Shown here in pieces: positions 9,881 to 20,852 of a stretch of 64,000 nucleotides of DNA. Under the pieces are notes generated by a model that was not told the origin of the DNA, made no database searches, and saw only the letters and a program-made list of their open reading frames with translations. How positions within the stretch are numbered: the first letter of the stretch is position 1; every line of letters begins with the position of its first letter. The position numbers and the translations under genes were made by a program. Origin of the DNA: an uncultured Acidobacteriota bacterium (GTDB lineage Bacteria; Acidobacteriota; Vicinamibacteria; Vicinamibacterales; CAVVIG01); assembly GCA_963757355.1 (NCBI GenBank), contig CAVWRG010000003.1, forward strand, positions 2,465,550-2,529,549, written 5' to 3'.

Positions 9881-12800
9881 GGCTCGCCGCGCGCCTGCGC
9901 TCGGCGTTCCGCCATCGCGCGGTCCGCTATGTCGGTATCGCCGCGGCGACCACCGTCGTCGGACTGGCGGTCGTTGTCGTCGCGACGCTGACGATCGATC
10001 TCGGCCCGGCCGTCCGCGGACTGGCGGAGCGCGCCGGCTCGAAACGGCTCGAGCGCCCGCTGCACATCGGCCGCCTCGGCATTCACCTGCTCAGCGGCCG
10101 CGTCGTCGTCGACGATCTGTCGATCGAAGGAGTGCACGAGGGCGACCGGCCATTCTTCACGGCGAAGAAGATTGCGGTGTCGCTCGACTGGTCCACCGTC
10201 CTCAGGCGGAAGCCTGAATTCATCATCACATCGGTTGAGATGACCGACTGGCGCATGCTGGTCGAACGCTGGGGCGACGACAATCACAATTTTCCGAAGA
10301 TCAAAGGCGACGACACCAAGCCCGGCGGCCCGCCGAAATTCACCACCACCCTGAAATATCTCCGCGCATGGCGCGGCGAGTTCGCGTACGAAGATCACGA
10401 GGCGCCCTGGAGCGTCGATTGTCCGAATCTCGATCTCAGCATCGGAAACCTGCCGAACTACCACGGGCAGGCGTCGTTCAGCGGCGGCACCGTGAAGATC
10501 CAGGATCATCTGCCGATGTGGGCGAACATGAAGGCGAGCTTCGCCATCGATGGCGGCAAGATCCACCTCGATCGGATCGATCTGACGTCCGATGGCGCGG
10601 TGTCGTCGGCGTTTGGCGATGTGGACACCGGCCGCTGGCCGGAGATGCGCTACCAGGTGAAGTCGCAGGTGGATTTCGCTCGGATGCGGCAGATCTTCTT
10701 CACCGACGAATCGTGGAGGCTCGGAGGCACAGGCGATTTCACCGGCGTGTTCCATCTGTTCAAGGGCGGCCGCGATCTGAGCGGCACCTTCGCCAGCGAT
10801 CAGCTCGGCGTGAACGCGTACCAGTTCCCGGCACTCTACGGTTCGCTGCGGTGGACGCCCCATGCGTTCGATGTCTGGAACGCCGGCGCGCGGGCGTTCG
10901 GTGGCGACGCGAAGATCACATTCGCCATCAAGCCCCTGGGATCGAGCGTCCGTCCGGCGGCACGGTTCGAGGCGACCTACGCGCGTGCCGATCTGGCGGC
11001 CGTCAGCGATTTTTACGCGCTGCGCGGCACCCGATTCGCCGGCTCCGCCTCAGGCCACAACGTCTTGGAATGGACGATGGGGCGCTTCGCGGAGAAGCAC
11101 GACGAAGGCACGATCGTGGTGACGCCACCCGCAGGAATCGAGCCGATGACCGCGTCGCTCGCGGCGGCGCGGGCCGCCGATGCCCACCACACGCGCCACG
11201 TCTGGGGGCCCTTCGCGCCGCAACCGCTCGCCGCGCACCTGCCGATCGCCGGTGAGCTCACCTATCGCCTGAATCAGACGAGCGTGCAGCTCGACGGCGG
11301 GCGATTGGCCACCGAGCGCACGTACGTGGCCTTCGACGGTTCCACCGATTGGGGCGACCTTTCCAACATTGCGTTTCACGTAGTGAGCCGCGACTGGCAG
11401 GAAAGCGATCAGCTGCTGGCCGGCATCATCACCGACTTCGGATCGCCGACCGGCGTCGTCGCGTTCGGCGGACGCGGCGAGTTCGACGGCGTGATGACCG
11501 GCGCGTTCCGGCGGCCGCGGGTCGAGGGGGACTTCACCGGCGAGGACCTGCGCGCGTGGGACACGACCTGGGGAGACGGCGGCGGCCACATCATCGTCGA
11601 GCACAGCTACGTGACGGTGGCCGACAGCGTGATCCGGGCCAACGGCTCGGAGATTCGCGCCGATGGCCGGTTCTCGCTGGGCTATCCCCGCGAGGACGGG
11701 GGCGAAGAGATCAACGCGCGTTTCCGCGTGGTCCGGCGCGATCTCGACTCGCTGCGCCACGCCTTCCAGCTGGACGACTATCCGGTGTCTGGCCAGCTCA
11801 CGGGAGAGTTTCACCTGACGGGCGCGTATGAACGGCCGGTCGGCTTCGGCGGCATGACGATCGACAACGGCGTCGCATACGGCGAACCGTTTCAGAAGGC
11901 GACCGCGTCGCTGCGCTTCGATGGCACTGGCGTGCGGCTGGATGGCATGAACATCGCGAAAGAGGGCGGCAGCGTCACGGGCGCCGCGTTCGTCGGCTGG
12001 GACTCGACGTATTCGTTCAACGCCGACGGCAACCGCATGCCGGTCGAGAAGATCGCCGCGTTCAGCTACCCGCGCGCGCCGCTCTCGGGGCTCGCGGCGT
12101 TCACGGCGACGGGCAGCGGCACCTTCGACGCGCCGCGGTACGATGTGAAGTTCCGCGTCAACGATCTTTTCATCGCCGAGGAAGGTGTCGGCCAGGTGAC
12201 GGGATCGCTCGCGCTGCGCGGCAAGGAGCTGAGCGGCGATGTGGACGTCGCGTCTCCGCGCCTGGCGATCACCGGCACCGGCCGCATCGCGTTGACGCCG
12301 CACGGCGATTCGGAGCTGACGTTCCGATTTCATGACAGCTCGCTCGATCCATACGTCCGCCTGTTCGTGCCGAAGCTCTCGCCGTTCACGACAGCGGTCG
12401 CGAGCGGGTCGATCCGCATCGCCGGCGAGCTCGCCGACGTCGATCATCTGCTGGCCGATGCCACTGTCGATTCGCTCGACATGCGCCTGTTCGACTACGC
12501 GGTGAAGAACGCGACGCCGATCCGGTTCACGCTCGATCAGCGGCAGGTCAAGGTCGCGGATCTGCAGCTCGTCGGCGTCGATACGAAGCTCAGCGTGTCC
12601 GGCACCGTCGGCCTTCACGACCAGCGCATCGCGCTGAAGGCGGCGGGAGAGGCGAACCTCGGCATGCTGCAGGGCTTTTTCCGGGACGTCCGCGCTTCGG
12701 GCCACGCGGAACTGACCGCATCGGTCGACGGACCGCTCCACCAGCCGCTGTTCTCCGGCAGCGCGACGATCACGGACGGCCGCATCCGCCATTTCTCGCT

Positions 12801-13971
12801 GCCGAATTCGCTCGATGCCATCAACGGCGTCGTCCATTTCGACGCCAACGGCGCGCGCATGGACGATGTGACGGCGATGATGGGAGGCGGGAAGGTGGAG
12901 TTCGGCGGACGGATCGGCTTCAACGGCTACACGCCAGGGGCGCTCAACGTCACCGTGCGCGGCGAAAACGTGCGGCTGCGCTATCCGGAGGGTGTCCGAT
13001 CGCAAATCGACGCCGATCTGGCGGTGCGCGGCGATTTCCAGACGCCGACGCTCGGCGGCACCGTCAACGTCCGCAGTGCCACCTGGACCAAGCGTATCGA
13101 GCCGACGGTGGGCCTGTTCGACTTCGGCCGCCGGGGCGGCTCGACCGGCGGGCTCACGACTGAAGCGCCGTCGGTGCCGCTTCGCTTCGACATCCGCGTG
13201 CTCGTACCTGGCACCCTGCACGTCGACAACAATCTGCTCGAGAGCCTGGTCGCGAGCGCCGATTTGCAGCTGCGCGGCACCTACGAGAGGCCGCTGCTCC
13301 TCGGACGCGGCGAGGTCGATCGCGGCGTCGTGCGGTTCGAGGGGCGCCGCTACAAGATCACGCGCGGCACCATCGATTTCACGAACCCGACGCGCATCGA
13401 GCCGTTCTTCGACATCGAGGCCGAAACAGACGTCCGCGTACCCGGCCAGACTTACCGTGTGATCGTGAGCGCCGCGGGTACTGCCGAACGCCTCCAGCCG
13501 CAGCTCAGCTCGGATCCGCCGCTGCCGGCCGCCGACGTCGTCGCGCTGCTGTTCAGCGACGTCCGAGGGCACGATCAGGACGTCGAGCTGCGCACGCTAC
13601 AGAACCCGAACGAGCTCCAGAAGGACATCCTGACGACGCGCGCCACTCAGCTGCTCGCCACTCCCATCTCCAGCCAGGTGGGCAAAGTGGTCGAGCAGAC
13701 GTTCGGCGTCGATACGTTCCAGCTGTCGCCGTCCCTCGTCGATCCCTACAGCCAGTCCACCACCCTGCGCGTGAACCCGTCGGCCCGCGTCACGATTGGC
13801 AAACGGATCTCGGATCGCGTGTATCTGACGTTCTCGCGCAGTCTCAGCACGTCGACGGCCGACCAGATCATCCTGCTCGAGTACAACGAGAACGACCGCC
13901 TGTCGTGGATTCTCTCGCGCAACGAGGATCAAACATACGCGCTCGAATTCCGCGTGAGGCACTCGTTCTGA
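9877..13971 (+). CDS. tamB: Translocation and assembly module TamB-like protein (DUF490 C-terminus)
   Basis: 1364 aa with an N-terminal anchor IAAATTVVGLAVVVVATL and long beta-rich repeats. The C-terminus is ...RISDRVYLTFSRSL...LEYNENDRLSWILSRNEDQTYALEFRVRHSF. ATGA overlap with the upstream gene. Confidence 0.8.
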   Translation: MRLAARLRSAFRHRAVRYVGIAAATTVVGLAVVVVATLTIDLGPAVRGLAERAGSKRLERPLHIGRLGIHLLSGRVVVDDLSIEGVHEGDRPFFTAKKIAVSLDWSTVLRRKPEFIITSVEMTDWRMLVERWGDDNHNFPKIKGDDTKPGGPPKFTTTLKYLRAWRGEFAYEDHEAPWSVDCPNLDLSIGNLPNYHGQASFSGGTVKIQDHLPMWANMKASFAIDGGKIHLDRIDLTSDGAVSSAFGDVDTGRWPEMRYQVKSQVDFARMRQIFFTDESWRLGGTGDFTGVFHLFKGGRDLSGTFASDQLGVNAYQFPALYGSLRWTPHAFDVWNAGARAFGGDAKITFAIKPLGSSVRPAARFEATYARADLAAVSDFYALRGTRFAGSASGHNVLEWTMGRFAEKHDEGTIVVTPPAGIEPMTASLAAARAADAHHTRHVWGPFAPQPLAAHLPIAGELTYRLNQTSVQLDGGRLATERTYVAFDGSTDWGDLSNIAFHVVSRDWQESDQLLAGIITDFGSPTGVVAFGGRGEFDGVMTGAFRRPRVEGDFTGEDLRAWDTTWGDGGGHIIVEHSYVTVADSVIRANGSEIRADGRFSLGYPREDGGEEINARFRVVRRDLDSLRHAFQLDDYPVSGQLTGEFHLTGAYERPVGFGGMTIDNGVAYGEPFQKATASLRFDGTGVRLDGMNIAKEGGSVTGAAFVGWDSTYSFNADGNRMPVEKIAAFSYPRAPLSGLAAFTATGSGTFDAPRYDVKFRVNDLFIAEEGVGQVTGSLALRGKELSGDVDVASPRLAITGTGRIALTPHGDSELTFRFHDSSLDPYVRLFVPKLSPFTTAVASGSIRIAGELADVDHLLADATVDSLDMRLFDYAVKNATPIRFTLDQRQVKVADLQLVGVDTKLSVSGTVGLHDQRIALKAAGEANLGMLQGFFRDVRASGHAELTASVDGPLHQPLFSGSATITDGRIRHFSLPNSLDAINGVVHFDANGARMDDVTAMMGGGKVEFGGRIGFNGYTPGALNVTVRGENVRLRYPEGVRSQIDADLAVRGDFQTPTLGGTVNVRSATWTKRIEPTVGLFDFGRRGGSTGGLTTEAPSVPLRFDIRVLVPGTLHVDNNLLESLVASADLQLRGTYERPLLLGRGEVDRGVVRFEGRRYKITRGTIDFTNPTRIEPFFDIEAETDVRVPGQTYRVIVSAAGTAERLQPQLSSDPPLPAADVVALLFSDVRGHDQDVELRTLQNPNELQKDILTTRATQLLATPISSQVGKVVEQTFGVDTFQLSPSLVDPYSQSTTLRVNPSARVTIGKRISDRVYLTFSRSLSTSTADQIILLEYNENDRLSWILSRNEDQTYALEFRVRHSF

Positions 13972-16874
13972 TGCGAACGTGGCGGGCGCTGCTGGTGATC
14001 GCTCTGGTGCTGAGCGCCCGGGTGGCGGGGGCCGACGTCAGCGACTACATCGGCAAGTCGATCGCGTCGGTGCGGATCGAGATCGAGGGACGCGAGACCA
14101 CCGATCCGAAGCTGCTGACGGTGGTCGAAACGCACGCGGGCCGGCCGTTGTCGATGGACGAGGTGCGGGACAGCGTCACCCATCTGTTCAGCCTCGGCCG
14201 CTTCGAGAACGTCGAGGTTCACGCGGAGCGCGCGGGCGCCGGCGTCGCCTTGCGCTACACACTCGATCCCGTTCATCCGGTGTCGAAGATCGATTTCTCC
14301 GGGCCCGTCGACGCGGCCGGCATCGATGTCGGCCAACTGCGGCGCGCGGTGGTCGAGCGATTCGGCGTTTCGCCGCCTGTGGGGCGGGTGGACGAGATCG
14401 CGCGGCTGATCCGCGATGAGCTGCACCAGCGCGGCTACCTCCATGCCTCGGTGAGTCCACGCGCGGATCTCGAACACGCGCCCGATAGGGCCACGCTCGT
14501 CTTCGCGCTGGAGCCGGGCGAGCGCACACGCGTCGGCGCCATCACGATCGCCGGCACGCCGAGCGTGACGCAGCCGGAACTGCTCGAGGAAATGGGCCTC
14601 GCGACCGGCGTGCCGTGGCAGCGTGAGGTTCTGAGCCGCCGCATCGAGAGTTACGTCGCCAAACGGCGGACGAAAGGATTTTACGAAGCCTCGGTCGTGC
14701 CCAGCGTGGAGCTCGCTGACAACGATCGGATCGCGAACATCACCCTGACCGTCGCCCCTGGGCCGCACGTCCGCGTCGTCTTTGCCGGGGATCCGCTGCC
14801 GGCCGACACGCATGACGAGTTGGTGCCGGTCGAGCGCGAAGGGTCGGTCGACGAAGATCTGCTGGAAGACTCGAGCAACCGGATCGAGGAGTATCTTCGC
14901 GCTCAGGGCTATCGCGACGCGGCGGCTCCGCACATCCGCGCGGAGTCGAACGGCGAGTTACTGATCACCTTCACCGTGAAGAAAGGCGCGCAGTACCGCG
15001 TGTCGCGGGTCGAGATTTCCGGCAATGCGTCGGTGCCGCTGGCCGACTTCGGTCCGGGGCTGCGCGTACGCGACAGCCAACCGTTCTCCGCCACCAGTCT
15101 CGACGCCGACCTCTCCGGCATCGAGGCGCTGTATCACCGGCGCGGATTCGCGGCCGCGAAGGCCGAAGCGGCGCTGGAACCGCAGGGGCCACCCGCGGCC
15201 GGGCAGGTGCTGCTACTCGTGCGAATCACGATTCGCGAAGGCGTGCGGACGATCGTCTCGTCGGTGCGGATTCAGGGCAACCAGGCGGTGGCGGAAGCCA
15301 CGCTGCGCCCGCACGTGGGGCTGCGCGCCGGCGCGCCATTCTTTCAGCCGCAGATTGCAATCGATCGGGACGCGCTGCAGCTTCAGTATGCCAACCTCGG
15401 GTATCCGAGCGCCACCGTCGATGCCAGCCCGGGCCTGAGCGCCGACGGAAGCCAGGCCGCTGTCGTGTACACGATCCGGGAAGGCCAGCGGATCTTCGTC
15501 GGCCGCGTGCTGATCCTCGGCAATCTGCGCACGCGCACGGAGACGATCGAGCGCGAGCTGCGGTTCAAGGCGGGCGATCCGCTCGGGCTCGAGGCCGTCA
15601 GCGAGAGTCAGCGGCGGCTCGCGGCGCTCGGGCTGTTTCGGCGCACGCGCATCACCGAACTCCGCCAAAGCGACGAGACGACGCGCGATGTGCTGGTGAC
15701 CGTCGAAGAAGCGCCGGTCACCACGATCGGCTACGGCGGCGGGTTCGAAGCTGTGCAGGTGATCGGCCAGACGAGCCAGGGGACGGCGGCGCAGACCGAA
15801 ATTGACTTTGCCCCCAGCGCATTTGTCGAGGTTACACGGCGGAATCTGTTCGGGAAGAACCGATCGGTCAACCTGTTCGGCCGGGTGAGCCCGTATTTCA
15901 ATACGGCGGACGGCATCACGCCGGTGGGCGGCAGCGGCAGGTTCGGCTTCACGGAGTACCGCCTGCTCGGGTCGTTTCGAGAGCCGCGCGTGCTGAACAC
16001 CGGAGCGGACGCGTCGCTCACCGCCGTGATCGAACAGCAGCATCGCGCGAGCTTCAACTTCAGCCGCAAGAGCTTCATCGCGGAGGTCGGACGCCGTCTC
16101 GCTCACGGCATCAGCATCAACGGCAGCTATCAGATTCAGAAGACGAGGCTGTTCGACGAGCAGTTCGACAACGCCTCGGACAAGCTGCTGGCGGATCAGC
16201 TGTTCCCGCAGTTTCTCCTGTCGTCGTTCTCCACCTCCATCGCCCGCGACACCAGGGACGATGTCGCCGATCCAGGAGCCGGGGGCTACCTGAGCGCCAA
16301 CGGCCAGCTCGCGGCGCGGAGCATCGGCTCCGAGGTCGGCTTTGCCAAGACGTTCTTCACCGCGCAGGCATTCCGCACGCTGCCGCATACGAGGCACATC
16401 GTGTTCGCCGGAAACGCGCGCGTCGGGCTGGCCACCGCCTTTCCACGTCCCGCCGTCGGCATCGACGGCACGCCGACTCTCGTGGAAGTGCTGCCCGCGA
16501 GCGAACGGTTTTTCGCCGGCGGCGACACGATGCGCGGCTTCGCGCTCGATCAGCTCGGCGTGCCCAACAGCACGATCGACACGAACGGTTTCCCCATCGG
16601 CGGCAACGCTCTGGTCATCGCGAATGCGGAGCTGCGGGTGCCGGTGCACGGCGGCCTTGGCGTCGTCGGCTTCGTCGACACCGGGAACGTGTTCGCGAGC
16701 ACGAACGACATCAACGTCGACGAGTTCCGCACCGCGCTCGGGTTCGGGCTGCGCTACAAGTCGCCGATCGGCCCCATCCGCGTCGACCTGGGCTTCAAGC
16801 TGCATCGCGAGACGATTGCCGGCCGGCTCGAAGACCTGACGGCGCTTCACATCAGCCTGGGACAAGCGTTTTGA
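13971..16874 (+). CDS. bamA: Outer membrane protein assembly factor BamA (Omp85 family, POTRA repeats)
   Basis: ATG 13971 (TGATG overlap with tamB) gives MRTWRALLVIALVLSARVAGADV. Repeated POTRA-like modules are followed by a C-terminal beta-barrel ...FGLRYKSPIGPIRVDLGFKL. Confidence 0.85.
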   Translation: MRTWRALLVIALVLSARVAGADVSDYIGKSIASVRIEIEGRETTDPKLLTVVETHAGRPLSMDEVRDSVTHLFSLGRFENVEVHAERAGAGVALRYTLDPVHPVSKIDFSGPVDAAGIDVGQLRRAVVERFGVSPPVGRVDEIARLIRDELHQRGYLHASVSPRADLEHAPDRATLVFALEPGERTRVGAITIAGTPSVTQPELLEEMGLATGVPWQREVLSRRIESYVAKRRTKGFYEASVVPSVELADNDRIANITLTVAPGPHVRVVFAGDPLPADTHDELVPVEREGSVDEDLLEDSSNRIEEYLRAQGYRDAAAPHIRAESNGELLITFTVKKGAQYRVSRVEISGNASVPLADFGPGLRVRDSQPFSATSLDADLSGIEALYHRRGFAAAKAEAALEPQGPPAAGQVLLLVRITIREGVRTIVSSVRIQGNQAVAEATLRPHVGLRAGAPFFQPQIAIDRDALQLQYANLGYPSATVDASPGLSADGSQAAVVYTIREGQRIFVGRVLILGNLRTRTETIERELRFKAGDPLGLEAVSESQRRLAALGLFRRTRITELRQSDETTRDVLVTVEEAPVTTIGYGGGFEAVQVIGQTSQGTAAQTEIDFAPSAFVEVTRRNLFGKNRSVNLFGRVSPYFNTADGITPVGGSGRFGFTEYRLLGSFREPRVLNTGADASLTAVIEQQHRASFNFSRKSFIAEVGRRLAHGISINGSYQIQKTRLFDEQFDNASDKLLADQLFPQFLLSSFSTSIARDTRDDVADPGAGGYLSANGQLAARSIGSEVGFAKTFFTAQAFRTLPHTRHIVFAGNARVGLATAFPRPAVGIDGTPTLVEVLPASERFFAGGDTMRGFALDQLGVPNSTIDTNGFPIGGNALVIANAELRVPVHGGLGVVGFVDTGNVFASTNDINVDEFRTALGFGLRYKSPIGPIRVDLGFKLHRETIAGRLEDLTALHISLGQAF

Positions 16875-17530
16875 CGATGAGATTGCCGATGGCCAAGATC
16901 GGGCTGCAGATTGGCGCCTGTCTGGCGCTGCTCGTCGCGTGTGCCAGCGCCGTGCGCGCCGATGAGGTGATCGATCGCGTGCTGGCTGTTGTCGGCGGAG
17001 AGATGATTACGCTCACGGACGTGATGGCGGCGCGCGAGCTGGGACTCGTGCCGGCGCCATCGACCGGCGATCCCGTCCGCGCGATCCTGTCGCGGCTGAT
17101 TGATCGCGAGTTGATTCTCGCCGAGGTCGATCGATACGCGCCGCCGGAGCCGGCCGTCGACGCCGTCGATCAGGAGCTGCGAGCCGTGCGCGCGCGCTTC
17201 GACAACGACGAGGCGTTTCAGCGGGCGCTGCAGCGGTCGGGCATCGACGTGAAGCATCTGCGCGAGACGCTGCGCGAGGATCTGCGCATCCGGTCATACC
17301 TCGATCAGCGGTTCGCCGTTCCGGCGCCGCGCGTCGAGGAGCTTGGACAGTACTACCGCGAACACCCGCAGGCGTTCACGAGCGGATCGGATGTGCTGTC
17401 CTTCGAGGCCGCCCGCCCGCAGATCGTCCAGGCGCTCGTTGCCGCGCAGCGGAAAGCGCTCGTGGACGACTGGGTGGCCGGGCTGCGGCGCCGCGGCGAC
17501 ATCACTGATCTGTATCTCACGGCGCCTTGA
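16871..17530 (+). CDS. SurA N-terminal domain-like periplasmic chaperone
   Basis: Signal peptide ...CLALLVACASAVRADE followed by IDRVLAVVGGEMITLTDV, typical of SurA/PpiD N-domains. The TTG start overlaps the bamA stop, and ATG 16877 is an alternative. Confidence 0.6.
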   Translation: MTMRLPMAKIGLQIGACLALLVACASAVRADEVIDRVLAVVGGEMITLTDVMAARELGLVPAPSTGDPVRAILSRLIDRELILAEVDRYAPPEPAVDAVDQELRAVRARFDNDEAFQRALQRSGIDVKHLRETLREDLRIRSYLDQRFAVPAPRVEELGQYYREHPQAFTSGSDVLSFEAARPQIVQALVAAQRKALVDDWVAGLRRRGDITDLYLTAP

Positions 17531-17547
17531 GCAGCTCTCTCCCAGAG

Positions 17548-17642
17548 AGCACCACGAAGTCACGAAGAACAACGAAGAGCACGAAGGACGTTTAGGCTCA
17601 AAAAGACCTCGTGTTCTCCGGCGTCTTCGTGTCTCCGTGATG
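17548..17642. repeat. Inverted tandem-unit hairpin, CACGAAG family
   Basis: Left arm CACGAAGT CACGAAGA ACAACGAAGA GCACGAAGG and right arm CCTCGTGTTCTCCGGCGTCTTCGTGTCTCCGTG. It fills the spacer between convergent genes. Confidence 0.8.
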
Positions 17643-17659
17643 AAATTCATGCCATGACA

Positions 17660-18370
17660 TCAGCCGCTGACGCCGATGAACTGCGCGATCTGCAGCAGAT
17701 CGAACCCGGCGTGGCTCACCATCGGCGCCACCACGGAACGTCGCCGTAGATAGACGATCCCCCAAAATGCGCCGAGCACGCCGGTGGCCAGCGTTGCATC
17801 GACACCCTGCACGAGATGCCCGACGCCGAACGCGGCGCTGGTGATGAGCACGCCGACACCGCCGCCGCCGAGCCAGACTTCGAAGCGATGCACGAGAAAC
17901 GCACGCTGAACCTCCTCGCGCACGCCGCCGGCGACGACCACCACGAGCGCGAACAGCCAGGCATCGCGCGGCGTCCGAATCAGCGCCTGGAGGGGATTGT
18001 GCTCGACCGTGTGCAGTTGGGGCGCCAGATGCTGCGCCGACAGCAGCACGGCGGCGCCCAGTCCGATCGCGACCAGAATCAAAGGGAGGCCGTGCAGCGC
18101 TTCGCCGGCGATCGATCGACGTCCGAGAAAAATATCGCGGGGACGCTCGCCATGCGCGTGCAGGAAGAGCGCAATCAGCCCGAGCAGCATCGCCGTGTCC
18201 ACCAGCGACAGCGCGACGACGAACCCGATGTGGAGCGAACCGTCTGACCGCAGGCCGAACAGCGCGAGCACGAACTGCGTGGCGATCTGCGTCGGGTAAT
18301 CGCTGCAGATGAGGACTTCGAAGGCGGCGACGAGTCGATCCGCTTTCCGCGGAGGCGTGTCAGGGCTCAT
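17660..18370 (-). CDS. CPBP family intramembrane glutamic endopeptidase (CAAX protease-like)
   Basis: Multi-TM protein with the motifs GGVREEVQRAFLVHRF, AAFGVGHLVQG and SHAGFDLL. Confidence 0.8.
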   Translation of the reverse strand: MSPDTPPRKADRLVAAFEVLICSDYPTQIATQFVLALFGLRSDGSLHIGFVVALSLVDTAMLLGLIALFLHAHGERPRDIFLGRRSIAGEALHGLPLILVAIGLGAAVLLSAQHLAPQLHTVEHNPLQALIRTPRDAWLFALVVVVAGGVREEVQRAFLVHRFEVWLGGGGVGVLITSAAFGVGHLVQGVDATLATGVLGAFWGIVYLRRRSVVAPMVSHAGFDLLQIAQFIGVSG

Positions 18371-18433
18371 GGCTGAGGGCTCATGGCCGGAGTCGAAGGC
18401 GGCGCGTCAGCCCTAGCCCTTAGCCATCTGCCA
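18363..18433. repeat. Inverted heptamer hairpin (GGCTCAT/GGCTGAG units vs TCAGCCC/TAGCCCT)
   Basis: GGGCTCATGGCTGAGGGCTCATGGCC ... TCAGCCCTAGCCCTTAGCCAT. It lies between the stop of the lipoprotein gene and the start codon of the CPBP gene. Confidence 0.6.
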
Positions 18434-19198
18434 TTATGGCTCGCGAACCCGCACGGTGACCGGCTGCGTCAGCCGCAGCGTCAACGGCGCGCCGCTGGCC
18501 AGACGCACTTCCTTGCCACGCGTCGACAGGACGACTGCCGTGCCGGCGCCGCCGCCGACCGCCGTGCCGACCAGCGCGCCTTTCTTGCCACCGAACAGCG
18601 CACCAATCAGCGCACCGCCTGCGCCTGCGCCGCCAATCTCGAGCGCGTCTTTCTTCTTCGTCGCCGCCGCCGTCCGTCCGACCGCCGTTGTTTCGATTGA
18701 GTAACGCGCGTCGGCGGCGGCGTCCCCCTGCGGCACGAGTGTGTTGAACCGAATCGCGATGTGCGCGAGTCCTTTCACTTTCCCGGATCGCGTCGCATCC
18801 GTCACGACGCCGCTGACGCGGCTCCCCGCCGGCAGCACGGTTTCGCCGTGGACTCTGACTGCGCGCGCCAGCCGGGCGTGCACTGGCTGCTCGACCTGAC
18901 TGATATCGGATCCGACGGTGGTTTCGAGGACGATCGGCAGCGGCGTGCCCTCCGGCAGTGTGACCTCGCGCCACTCGGCTGCCTTGGCCGCAGGCGCGTC
19001 GCCGGGTTGTCCCGCTGGGGACGTCGGTGCGGCTGCATTCGGATCCGCCGGGGCAGGAGCGGGAGCAGGCGCTTGGGCGGAAGCGGGTGGCGCGGCCGTG
19101 GTTCCGGCCGGTTCCGATCGGTTACATCCAACGGCAAACATCGCCACCGCGATCGACAGGAACGTCAGCGGCTTGAGATGTGGAAATATTTTGAGCAT
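18434..19198 (-). CDS. Lipoprotein with C-terminal glycine-zipper domain
   Basis: ATG at 19198 gives MLKIFPHLKPLTFLSIAVAMFAVG|C (lipobox). An Ala/Pro-rich linker is followed by the C-terminal GGAGAGGALIGALFGGKKGALVGTAVGGGAGTAVV. The track ORF extends spuriously to 19645. Confidence 0.6.
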   Translation of the reverse strand: MLKIFPHLKPLTFLSIAVAMFAVGCNRSEPAGTTAAPPASAQAPAPAPAPADPNAAAPTSPAGQPGDAPAAKAAEWREVTLPEGTPLPIVLETTVGSDISQVEQPVHARLARAVRVHGETVLPAGSRVSGVVTDATRSGKVKGLAHIAIRFNTLVPQGDAAADARYSIETTAVGRTAAATKKKDALEIGGAGAGGALIGALFGGKKGALVGTAVGGGAGTAVVLSTRGKEVRLASGAPLTLRLTQPVTVRVREP

Positions 19199-19210
19199 AC
19201 CTGAACCGTT

Positions 19211-19227
19211 TGCAAGGATACGGCCAG
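19211..19227 (-). promoter_or_regulatory. Sigma-54-type promoter candidate (CTGGCCGTATCCTTGCA)
   Basis: The minus strand reads CTGGCC-GTATCC-TTGCA with correct GG-N10-GC spacing. The predicted start is about 19200, 2 nt before the lipoprotein ATG at 19198, and it is divergent from the NtrC-type regulator gene. Confidence 0.4.
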
Positions 19228-19328
19228 CCCGACTGGTTGCCGGCCGCTGAGAAATCTCACAAGTTGAGCTTGCGGCCGGGGCACATGGAGGGCCACACTG
19301 TAAAAATGACATGGTGCCGAGGTGATGC

Positions 19329-20762
<1,434 letters not shown>

Positions 20763-20767
20763 GAGCT

Positions 20768-20844
20768 GGGATTCGTGATTCGGGCTTCGGGATTCGCGGC
20801 GCCCCGAATCCCGATCGAATCCCCAATCCCGAATCCCGAATCCC
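20768..20844. repeat. Inverted heptamer hairpin, GGGATTC family
   Basis: GGGATTCGTGATTCGGGCTTCGGGATTCGCGG | CCCCGAATCCCGATCGAATCCCCAATCCCGAATCCCGAATCCC. It fills the spacer between the regulator and kinase genes. Confidence 0.85.
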
Positions 20845-20852
20845 TTCTCCAC

